From Streptosporangiales bacterium (GTDB taxonomy: Bacteria; Actinomycetota; Actinomycetes; Streptosporangiales; WHST01), in the NCBI GenBank assembly GCA_036378185.1, contig DASUWX010000012.1:2890-66889 (forward strand): 64,000 bases of DNA, given 5' to 3'. The position numbers were made by a program, and so were the translations under genes. Shown piece by piece: positions 55,457-64,000 of the stretch (position 1 is the stretch's first letter; each line of letters begins with the position of its first letter). The notes beneath the pieces are model-generated. The model was not told where the DNA came from. It did not search any database and saw nothing but the letters and a program-made list of their open reading frames with translations.

Positions 55457-58400
55457 ATGAGTGCGACCCGTCGGCGACCGAGGCCGTCCTCCGCCCTCCT
55501 TGCCTGCCTCGGCCTGTTGGCCGCGGCGGTCGTGCCGGCCGGTGTGCTCGCGAGTCCGGCGTCGGCGGACGAGCCGGGGCCCGGCCCGATACCCCGCATC
55601 GACCCGATCCGGAGCCCGTACGGGAACCCGTACAACGACTTCCTGCGCCGGCCCTACGGCGTGCTCGACTCACCGCAACAGCAGGCCGACCTGCCACCGG
55701 TCGCGGACGACCCGAACGAGCCGTTCGACTGGTACCGCTACCCGCGTGCGGCCATTGGCGTCCTCGGCGGCCCGGAGGAGTCGATCATCACTCCCGAGGG
55801 TTATCTGCAGACCGTCTTCGGCACGCTCACCTTCGCCACCGGTGCGGACCGCACTCCGGTGAACCAGCGGGTCAAGACGTGGAAGGACGGCTACCTGCCC
55901 ATCCTCGAGGAGGGCTTCACCCGCGACGGCGTCGCGAACCACGTCGAGTTCTTCGCGGCGAAGGTGCCGGGCGTCACGAAGGTCGCGTACCGGGAGAGGT
56001 ACGGAAACCCCTCCCGCACACTCGACGCGCAGGTCGACAACATGGTCGACTTCGTCAAGGTCGACCTCACGAACTCCGGTGACACGGCGAGGACCTACCG
56101 CTTCTCCGTGGGGCTGGCCAGCCAGCGGATCTCCGCGGTGGACGGCAACAACGGGCCGGCCAGGCCGCAGAGCCCGTCGTGGAACGCCGCGGAGCAGGCC
56201 TACGTCGGCGACGGCAAGCTGCTCTTCACCGCGTCGGAGAACCCGTCGCAGGCGAGCGGCGGCAACCTCGACTACGACGTCCAGCTGGCCCCCGGCGCCA
56301 CCAAGTCGCTCACCTTCGCGATGCCGTACTTCGTGGCACAGGAGTCCGACCTGAACGCGATCCGCGGCGTCGACTACGAGACCGAGCTCGCGCGGACCGC
56401 GAAGTTCTGGCACGACACACTCGACAACGGAACGCGGATCGAGATCCCGGGTGACGGCGTCGAGCGCAAGGTCATCGACACCTACAAGGCCAACCTCGCG
56501 TTCTCCCTGCTGCTGTTCGACCAGGTGGGCGGCAAGTACTTCTGGGACGCCAACCCCACGGTCTACGACCATTACTGGCTTCGCGACACCGCGTTCGACG
56601 TCGACGGCATACTCGGGGCGGGATTCACCGACCTGGCGCGGAACGTCGTGCTCGAGATGCTCGACTGGCAGATGGCCGACGGCCAGTTCGAGTCGCAGTC
56701 CGGCGAGAACGACGGCAACGGGCAGGCGCTGTGGGCGTTCGGCAACTACTACGCCCGCACCCACGACAGGGCCTTCGCCGAGGCGGTATGGCCCGCCGTG
56801 CAGCGCGCGATGGCGTGGGAGTGGCAGACGCGGCAGGCGAGCTGGGACACCGACGGCGGGCTCTTCCCCTCCTCGTCCATGGGCGACAACGAGGGCGTAC
56901 AGGGCCACGTGCTCACCTACGACCTGTGGAACATCGCGGGTGAGGCGGGTGCCGCGCAGATCGCGACGGCGGTCGGTGCGGACGCGACGGCGCACGCATG
57001 GAGCAAGCGCCGCGACCAGTACATCTCGATCCTGCACGAGAAGCTCACTCCCGCCGTCGACGAGCTGGGCTGGATCCCGCCGGCCGTCGAGGGGCTGAAG
57101 GCGCCCGCGATCCGCAACGGCTGGTACGGCAACGTGTACGGCATCGACTGGGGCAACCTCGAGGTCGTCTGGCCGACCGAGGCGTTCACGCCCGACGACC
57201 CGTGGGTCACCTCGAGCCTCGCGGCGTGGCGGGAGAAGACGTTCGAGGGCGTGTTCGGCTACCCGCAGAACGGCGTGGAGAGCACGTTGCACTCCTACAC
57301 GCCCATCTCGATCGCCGGCACCTACGTGCGCCGCGGCGACCAGTGGAAGGCACTGCAGGACCTCTACGGCCTGCTCACGCACACCTCCGCGACGGACATG
57401 GCGTCCGAAGGCATGAGCTCCGCCCAGCGGTGGGGGTGGTCCGCGAGCGACCAGACACAGCCGCACGCGGAGTTCTCCGGCAAGTACCTCACCCTGCTCC
57501 GCGACATGCTCGCGTACGAGGGTCAGGAGGGGAGCCTGCATCTGGCCAACGTGTGGTCGCCGGTGTGGGCGCAGCCGGGCAAGCGGTTGGCGTTCGACGG
57601 CGAGACCGACTTCGGGCACGTCGCGTACTCGATCGACGTGCGGAGCGACGGCGCGACGATGCACCTGGACCCGCCGACCCGCAACGCGCCGAAGAGCATC
57701 GTGGTCAGCGTCCCGCAGAACGACGACGTGACGGGCGTGACCGTCGACGACCGGTCCGTCGGCTCCTTCGACGGGAACCGGATCACCCTGCCCGCGCTGA
57801 CCAGCTCCGCGACCGTGCAGATCACGTGGCACCAGCGCGAGGCCGCACCGGCGTACTCGTTCGGCCGGGCGGTCGAGGACTACCTCGCGAACTACCACCG
57901 GATGACCTCGCCTGCCGACGTGCACGTCGACGGCATCGAGGCGAACCACCCGACCGTGCGGGCCGGGTACCCGCTGCAGGTCAAGGCCGACGTCGTCAAC
58001 ACGGGCGGGGCTGCGTACCTCGACGACCCCAGGCTCGTCTGGTACGTCGACGGGAAGCCGGTGTGGACCGACAAGCGCTCGCTCGCGAACGGCATCGGGT
58101 TCACCACTCCGAAGGGATTCATCTCCTTCGACAGCAGGAACGAAGGACTGGTGCCGGTCGGGGTGACCACGACGCTGTGTGCGCCGGGTGAACACACCAT
58201 CGGCGTGGGCCTCGGTGGCGACCCGCCCGCCCGGACGGTCACCGTCGACGTGCTGCCGTTGGTGCCCTCGCAGGACGCGCCGCCGGCCGACCTGGCCCTG
58301 CACGCGAGTCCCGTGTTCACGGGCGGGGACGACGGCGGCACCGCCACCGCGACGATCACCAACCAGGGCTGCGCAGCCATGACCGACGTCCACGCCACGA

Positions 58401-59266
58401 TCCAGGCACCCGACGGCTGGACGGTGCAGGCGACCTCGGCGACCACCGTGGACAGCATCGCCCCGGGCCGGTCGGCGACCGTCACGTGGCAGGTCCGGCC
58501 GCCGGCGAACGCCGATGGCGGCGCGGGGGAGTCGGGAGACGGTCTCACGGCCAAGGCCGAGTACGGCTGGGGAACCGACCAGTGGAAGGGCGAGACGACC
58601 GGAAGCGCGACCGCTGAGACGACGCTCGTCGTCTGTGCCGGCTCACGCCCGCCCGTCGACGGCAAGGCCCGTGCCCAGTGGGACTTCACCCTCGGCTGCG
58701 CCGCCGACCTGTCCGGCCACGGGCAGGACGGGACCGCCGGGCCGGGCGTCTCGTTCGACGACGCCGGGGCGCGGTTCGACGGCACCGACGACGGCGCGAT
58801 CACGATCCCGTACGGCGCGGGCTACCAGCCGGAGGCGATCAGTAACGGGCAGTCGTGGACACTCGACCTGACCGGTGTCGTGCCCGCGAAGATCGGCGGG
58901 AACTACCAGGCGCTCGCGAACGCGCGCAGCACGGCTGGTGGCTTCGCGTCCGGCTGGACGGTCTACGTCACCCCCGACGGCAGCATCGTGTTCTGGATGT
59001 CGCGGGTCGACCACACCTACGCCATCGCGTCGTCCGGGGTCAGGGCGGAGGCCGGGAAGCGTTACGACATCGCGGCGCGGTGGGACGGCAGCCACCTGTC
59101 CGTGACGGTCTCCGGCGACGGCAGCGGGACCGGCTCCGCGTCGATCGGTGCGGGATACCTGCCCGACGACGGCTCCGCGTTGACGTTGGGCCGGGGCGCG
59201 AGCGCCTCGTCGGACGACTACTTCTACACGGGGACGATGGCCGCCGCCAAGATGACCGTCGATTGA
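55457..59266 (+). CDS. Secreted 1269-aa multidomain protein: N-terminal unknown region, alpha/alpha-barrel glycosidase-like core, beta-sandwich (NEW3/CARDB-like) modules, C-terminal LamG/concanavalin-like domain
   Basis: GGGGAG RBS. Arg-rich signal peptide TRRRPRPSSALLACLGLLAAAVVPAGVLASPASA. Core motifs HYWLRDTAF and GQALWAFGNYY resemble GH15-like six-hairpin enzymes. The C-terminal FDGTDD...LTLGRG pattern is LamG-like. Confidence 0.8.
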   Translation: MSATRRRPRPSSALLACLGLLAAAVVPAGVLASPASADEPGPGPIPRIDPIRSPYGNPYNDFLRRPYGVLDSPQQQADLPPVADDPNEPFDWYRYPRAAIGVLGGPEESIITPEGYLQTVFGTLTFATGADRTPVNQRVKTWKDGYLPILEEGFTRDGVANHVEFFAAKVPGVTKVAYRERYGNPSRTLDAQVDNMVDFVKVDLTNSGDTARTYRFSVGLASQRISAVDGNNGPARPQSPSWNAAEQAYVGDGKLLFTASENPSQASGGNLDYDVQLAPGATKSLTFAMPYFVAQESDLNAIRGVDYETELARTAKFWHDTLDNGTRIEIPGDGVERKVIDTYKANLAFSLLLFDQVGGKYFWDANPTVYDHYWLRDTAFDVDGILGAGFTDLARNVVLEMLDWQMADGQFESQSGENDGNGQALWAFGNYYARTHDRAFAEAVWPAVQRAMAWEWQTRQASWDTDGGLFPSSSMGDNEGVQGHVLTYDLWNIAGEAGAAQIATAVGADATAHAWSKRRDQYISILHEKLTPAVDELGWIPPAVEGLKAPAIRNGWYGNVYGIDWGNLEVVWPTEAFTPDDPWVTSSLAAWREKTFEGVFGYPQNGVESTLHSYTPISIAGTYVRRGDQWKALQDLYGLLTHTSATDMASEGMSSAQRWGWSASDQTQPHAEFSGKYLTLLRDMLAYEGQEGSLHLANVWSPVWAQPGKRLAFDGETDFGHVAYSIDVRSDGATMHLDPPTRNAPKSIVVSVPQNDDVTGVTVDDRSVGSFDGNRITLPALTSSATVQITWHQREAAPAYSFGRAVEDYLANYHRMTSPADVHVDGIEANHPTVRAGYPLQVKADVVNTGGAAYLDDPRLVWYVDGKPVWTDKRSLANGIGFTTPKGFISFDSRNEGLVPVGVTTTLCAPGEHTIGVGLGGDPPARTVTVDVLPLVPSQDAPPADLALHASPVFTGGDDGGTATATITNQGCAAMTDVHATIQAPDGWTVQATSATTVDSIAPGRSATVTWQVRPPANADGGAGESGDGLTAKAEYGWGTDQWKGETTGSATAETTLVVCAGSRPPVDGKARAQWDFTLGCAADLSGHGQDGTAGPGVSFDDAGARFDGTDDGAITIPYGAGYQPEAISNGQSWTLDLTGVVPAKIGGNYQALANARSTAGGFASGWTVYVTPDGSIVFWMSRVDHTYAIASSGVRAEAGKRYDIAARWDGSHLSVTVSGDGSGTGSASIGAGYLPDDGSALTLGRGASASSDDYFYTGTMAAAKMTVD

Positions 59267-59303
59267 CCGAAGCCTTACCTGCGTCCGAGGAATCAGCGTC
59301 CGG

Positions 59304-60470
59304 GTGCGGGTGTTGCCGCTTGACGTGACACAGCACTGTCCCGCACTCGGCTGCTCGCAGCAGACGTGGACCGCACGGCGGAGGACCACGACGCCGCGGG
59401 CTTTGGGGAGCTTCGTGGCGCGGCGGTGGTCGGTCGTCGCGCGTGCCCTGTTGGCCGCGGGCGGTGTCGGCTATCTCGCCTGGAAGGTCCCGGCCGACCT
59501 CCGTTCGGCCGCGCCGTCGTTGGGCGGCGTCCCGCCGGTTCGCTGGGGCTGGCTCGCGGCCGCGGTGCTGCTCGCCGTCGCGTCGCTGGCAGCGTACGGC
59601 GAGATGCACCGCCGGCTGCTGTCCGCCGGTGGCAGGCACGTGCCGGCCGTCCCGGTGCAGGAGATGACGTTCGCGCAGAACGCGGTGTCGCAGACCGTCC
59701 CGGCGGTCGGCGGACCGCTGTCCGCGGGGTACGCGGTGAGCCAGCTGCGCCGGCTCGGCATCGACACCGCGCTGGCGACCTGGGTCGTCGTGCTCGCCGG
59801 CGCCCTGACCATCGCGACCTTCGTGCCGCTCGGCCTCGCCGCGCTCGCCTGGGCCGGCCTGTTGCCCGTACCGGTCGTCGCGGTGGTGGAGCTCCTCGCG
59901 ATCGGGGCGATCACGGCCGCGGGCGCGTTGCTCACCCGTCCGCGGGTGCTGCGCCGTGGCGTGGGCGTGCTCGCCGCGGCCGTGGCCCACGTGCCCTCGG
60001 CGCGCCGGATGGCCTGGACGGGCGATCCCGGCGGTGCCGCCGAGCGCGTCGCCACGAGGTTGTCGGGGGTGCGTCCCAGCGGGCGGCAGTGGGCCGTGCT
60101 GTTGGGTCTCGCCGCGGGAACATGGATCCTCGACTTCCTCACCCTCGCGGCCGGCTTCACGGTGTTCGCGACGCAGCTGCCCTGGACGGCGCTGGCCGTC
60201 GGCTACCTGATCGTGCAGGTGAGCATCGCCGTGCAGATAACGCCAGGGGGCGCGGGGTTGGCCGACGCCGGACTGTTCGGCGCGCTCGTCGCCTTCGGCG
60301 TCGCCCCCGGCGCGGCGGCCGGGGCGGCGCTCACCTACCGCGGAATCGCCTGGCTCGGCATGGCCGTGCTCGGCTGGGTGGCGTACGGCAGGCGTGCTCT
60401 CCGGCGGAGGCAGCCCGCTACCGTCACCGCGCTGCCCACCGCCCGCAAGGAGGAGTCCCGCGCCGCCTGA
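59304..60470 (+). CDS. Lysylphosphatidylglycerol-synthase-TM-like (flippase-like, UPF0104) membrane protein, start uncertain
   Basis: Eight or so hydrophobic segments and an overall pattern like PF03706-type proteins. GTG 59415 is an alternative start. Confidence 0.65.
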   Translation: MRVLPLDVTQHCPALGCSQQTWTARRRTTTPRALGSFVARRWSVVARALLAAGGVGYLAWKVPADLRSAAPSLGGVPPVRWGWLAAAVLLAVASLAAYGEMHRRLLSAGGRHVPAVPVQEMTFAQNAVSQTVPAVGGPLSAGYAVSQLRRLGIDTALATWVVVLAGALTIATFVPLGLAALAWAGLLPVPVVAVVELLAIGAITAAGALLTRPRVLRRGVGVLAAAVAHVPSARRMAWTGDPGGAAERVATRLSGVRPSGRQWAVLLGLAAGTWILDFLTLAAGFTVFATQLPWTALAVGYLIVQVSIAVQITPGGAGLADAGLFGALVAFGVAPGAAAGAALTYRGIAWLGMAVLGWVAYGRRALRRRQPATVTALPTARKEESRAA

Positions 60471-60511
60471 CCGGAGGCCGGCGGTACCTCGTCGTCGTCG
60501 ACCGGGGGAGC

Positions 60512-61495
<984 letters not shown>

Positions 61496-61592
61496 GCGTC
61501 GGCCTCCGCGGCTTGCCGGTCGAATGTCGAGGTTGCGCCCGCCCGGCGGTGGCATGACGAGCAGTGCATATGATTCCCTCGCTGGCGCTCGG

Positions 61593-62597
61593 TCATGAGG
61601 CGTCGACCTCCGCGCGGGTGTTGCGCATCAGTACCCAGCAACGCGCCCGCCGGTCGTCGCCGACCAGGTCGAGCTCGGGCTCGTCCTCGGTGCACCGGTC
61701 GACGCGGAACGGGCACCGCGGATGGAAGGTGCAGCCGTGCGGCGGGTCGGTCAGGTCCGGCGGCTGACCGGTGATGCTCACGAGCCGGTCGCGGGGCTCG
61801 TCGACACGCGGGATGGAGCGGAGCAGCGACCAGGTGTACGGGTGCTGCGGGTCGCCGAGGACCTGCCGGGTCGGCCCTTCCTCGACGACGCGGCCCGCGT
61901 ACATCACGACGACGCGTGTGCAGAGGCTGACGACGAGCGAGATGTTGTGCGTGATCAGGACGATCGCCATGCCGGTGTCGCGGTTCAGCTCGCGGAGCAG
62001 CTCGATGATGCCGGACTGCACGGTGACGTCCAGCGCCGTCGTCGGCTCGTCGGCGATCAGCAGGCTCGGTTCGTTCGCCAGCGCCATCGCGATCATCGCC
62101 CGCTGCCGCATGCCGCCGGAGAACCGGTGCGGGTAGTCGCGGGAGCGTTGCTCCGGCGACGGGATGCGCACCCGCGCCAGCAGCGACACCACCCGCTCGT
62201 GCAGCTCCCGTCGCGGCACGCGGGCGTGTGCCTCGATGGCCTCCTCGATCTGCCGGCCGACGGTGTGCACCGGGTTCAGCGACGTCATCGGGTCCTGGAA
62301 CACCATCGCGATGTCGCGCCCGCGCACGGCGCGGATCTCCTCGTCGCTCATCGTCAACAGGTCGCGTTGCCGACCCGGCTCGCCGAACAGGACGGACCCG
62401 CCGACGATCCGGCCGGGGCGCGGGACGAGCCGCAACGTGCTCAGGGCGGTCATCGACTTGCCGCTGCCGGACTCGCCGACGACGCCGACGGTCTCACCGC
62501 GGCCGACGGTGAGGCTCACGCCGTCGACGGCGCGGACGACCCGGCCGTGGGTCTCGAACCGGGTCCGCAGGCCGTCGATGCGCAGCAGCTCGGTCAT
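61593..62597 (-). CDS. Oligopeptide/dipeptide ABC ATPase (OppD/DppD-like)
   Basis: [18 protein letters not shown]-terminal CTFHPRCPF. Confidence 0.9.
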   Translation of the reverse strand: MTELLRIDGLRTRFETHGRVVRAVDGVSLTVGRGETVGVVGESGSGKSMTALSTLRLVPRPGRIVGGSVLFGEPGRQRDLLTMSDEEIRAVRGRDIAMVFQDPMTSLNPVHTVGRQIEEAIEAHARVPRRELHERVVSLLARVRIPSPEQRSRDYPHRFSGGMRQRAMIAMALANEPSLLIADEPTTALDVTVQSGIIELLRELNRDTGMAIVLITHNISLVVSLCTRVVVMYAGRVVEEGPTRQVLGDPQHPYTWSLLRSIPRVDEPRDRLVSITGQPPDLTDPPHGCTFHPRCPFRVDRCTEDEPELDLVGDDRRARCWVLMRNTRAEVDAS

Positions 62598-62708
62598 CTG
62601 GCCACCTCCGCGACCCGGGCCGTCGCCGAACCCGTCGGGGTGCCCCGCACCGCGCCGTCACGCCGTGCGGGTGCCCCTGCCGGGTCGCGGGGTCGAGGCT
62701 CGGGCATG

Positions 62709-63557
62709 TCAGTCGTCCGACGCGCTCGCCCAGGGCATGTGCCCGGAGTTCTGCTCGGCCACGATCTCGCCGGTCGCCGTCACGACGATGAGCCCGCCCC
62801 AGCCGTCCGTGCGGTCGCGCAACGCGGCCAGGGCGTCGCCGGCGGCGTCGCGGGCCGGCTGCCCGGCGCGCAGGCGGGTGACGAGGTCGTACGCGAGGCA
62901 CAGCCGGATGAAGCCCTCGCCGGTGCCCGTCGTGCAGACGGCGCCGGCGGAGTCGTCGGCGTAGAAACCCGCGCCGGCGATGGGGGAGTCGCCCACCCGG
63001 CCGGCCGTCTTCGCGGTGACGCCGCCGGTCGACACGGCGACGGCGAGCCGCCCGCTGCGGTCGCGGGCGACCGCGCCCACGGTGTCGCCCGCGTCACCGG
63101 CCGCGGCGGCGGCCGCGGCCGCGCGCCGGTGCTCGGTGACGAAGATCGACGGGTCGGCCAGCTCGACGCCGTGCTCCCGCGCGTACCGGCTGGCGCCGCC
63201 CGCGGCGAGCAGCACGTGCGGGCTGTGCTCGAGGACGTGCCGGGCGAGCTCGACCGGATGGCGGACGTCGCGCACCGCCGCGACCGCGCCCACGCCGAGA
63301 GCGGTGCCCTCCATCACGCCGGCGTCGAGTTCGACGGCGCCCTCGTCGTTGAGGCACGCGCCGATCCCGGCGTTCAGGAGCGGCTCGTCCTCCAGTCGGC
63401 ACACCGCCGCGACGACGGCCGTCAACGCGCCCTCGCCGATCCGGCTCCAGCCGGCGTCGAGACCACGCCGCACCGCGGCCTGCCGCTCGCCGTCGTCACC
63501 CACCGGCCGCCGGCCGGCGCCGCCGTGGACGACCATCGCCGCCTTGTGTTCAGCCAC
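62709..63557 (-). CDS. iaaA: Isoaspartyl peptidase / L-asparaginase (Ntn hydrolase, IaaA-like)
   Basis: VVHGGAG, NAGIGA, autoprocessing site GDTVGAVA, GRVGDSPIAGAG. Start overlaps the upstream permease stop by 8 nt. Confidence 0.88.
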   Translation of the reverse strand: MAEHKAAMVVHGGAGRRPVGDDGERQAAVRRGLDAGWSRIGEGALTAVVAAVCRLEDEPLLNAGIGACLNDEGAVELDAGVMEGTALGVGAVAAVRDVRHPVELARHVLEHSPHVLLAAGGASRYAREHGVELADPSIFVTEHRRAAAAAAAAGDAGDTVGAVARDRSGRLAVAVSTGGVTAKTAGRVGDSPIAGAGFYADDSAGAVCTTGTGEGFIRLCLAYDLVTRLRAGQPARDAAGDALAALRDRTDGWGGLIVVTATGEIVAEQNSGHMPWASASDD

Positions 63558-64000
63558 CTACTCTCCCTTCGGTCTCCCCGCGCATCCGTGGGTCGAGCGC
63601 GTCGCGCAGCCCGTCCCCGAAGAGGTTGAGCGCCAGCACCGTCACCAGGATCGCCAGGCCGGGGAACAACGCGACCAGTGGCGCGACGGTGAGCAGCTCG
63701 CGGCCGTCGGCGAGCATCGTGCCCCACTCCGGCGACGGCGGTTGCGCGCCGAGTCCCAGGAATCCCAACGAGGACGCGATCAGGATGGCGGTGGCGACGC
63801 GCAGCGTTGCGTAGACGATGATCAGCGGCAGCACGTTGGGCATCAGGTGCCGGGTCATGATGTGCACCGAGCGGGTGCCGGCGGCGCGCGCGGCCTCGAC
63901 GAACGGCTGCTCGCGCAGTCGCAGCACCTCGCCGCGAACGACGCGGGCGAAGATCGGCACACCGAACACGCTGACGGCGAGGACGACATTCGCCTCGCCG
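63550..64000 (-). CDS. ABC transporter permease (DppC/OppC-like), 5' part outside window
   Basis: EAA loop FVEAARAAGTRSVHIMTRHLMPN and C-terminal NLFGDGLRDALDPR. The ORF runs off the window end. Confidence 0.85.
   Translation of the reverse strand, partial: GEANVVLAVSVFGVPIFARVVRGEVLRLREQPFVEAARAAGTRSVHIMTRHLMPNVLPLIIVYATLRVATAILIASSLGFLGLGAQPPSPEWGTMLADGRELLTVAPLVALFPGLAILVTVLALNLFGDGLRDALDPRMRGETEGRVGG

Overview
This window is very GC-rich DNA with strong GC3 bias, frequent GTG/TTG starts and many 4-nt start/stop overlaps. It looks like an Actinomycetota chromosome arm. It is densely coding, with about 53 genes. I saw no rRNA, tRNA, CRISPR array or IS/transposase by eye. The blocks are as follows. 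(i) 1-5.3 kb: an MBL-fold/GH-like gene pair, a probable deletion scar (5'-truncated FAD oxidoreductase abutting a MarR C-terminal fragment) and a LacI regulator. (ii) 5.4-8.3 kb: CYTH and XRE genes, then about 1.3 kb without confident calls. (iii) 8.3-25.7 kb: a CUT1-type sugar ABC importer with no ATPase gene, divergent from an 8-gene cytoplasmic mannoside operon. That operon encodes a GH38-like protein, ROK kinase, GmhA-type SIS isomerase, GH38, GH2 beta-mannosidase-like protein, an unknown 637-aa protein, GH1 and an FAD protein, and LacI-type palindromes sit in the shared promoter region. (iv) 25.7-37.3 kb: mixed genes (VOC, DUF2071-like, SBP56/methanethiol-oxidase-like, DinB/mycothiol-type enzyme, EEP, secreted S53 peptidase, phosphoesterase, AKR, LysR, crotonase, SDR). 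(v) 37.5-44.9 kb: a peptide ABC system split into convergent operons with a D-aminoacylase. (vi) 45-50.6 kb: two back-to-back ECF41-type sigma/oxidoreductase modules with TGTCACA-N16/17-CGTC promoter-like motifs. (vii) 50.6-60.5 kb: small genes, a nonsense-interrupted phosphoesterase, a CocE/NonD hydrolase, a 1269-aa secreted multidomain glycosidase-like protein and a flippase-like membrane protein. (viii) 60.5-64 kb: an Opp-type operon with an embedded isoaspartyl peptidase. The most intriguing items are the uncharacterised protein and the GmhA-like isomerase wired into the mannoside operon, and the duplicated ECF41 regulon. All family assignments are by eye from motifs, with no database search run.
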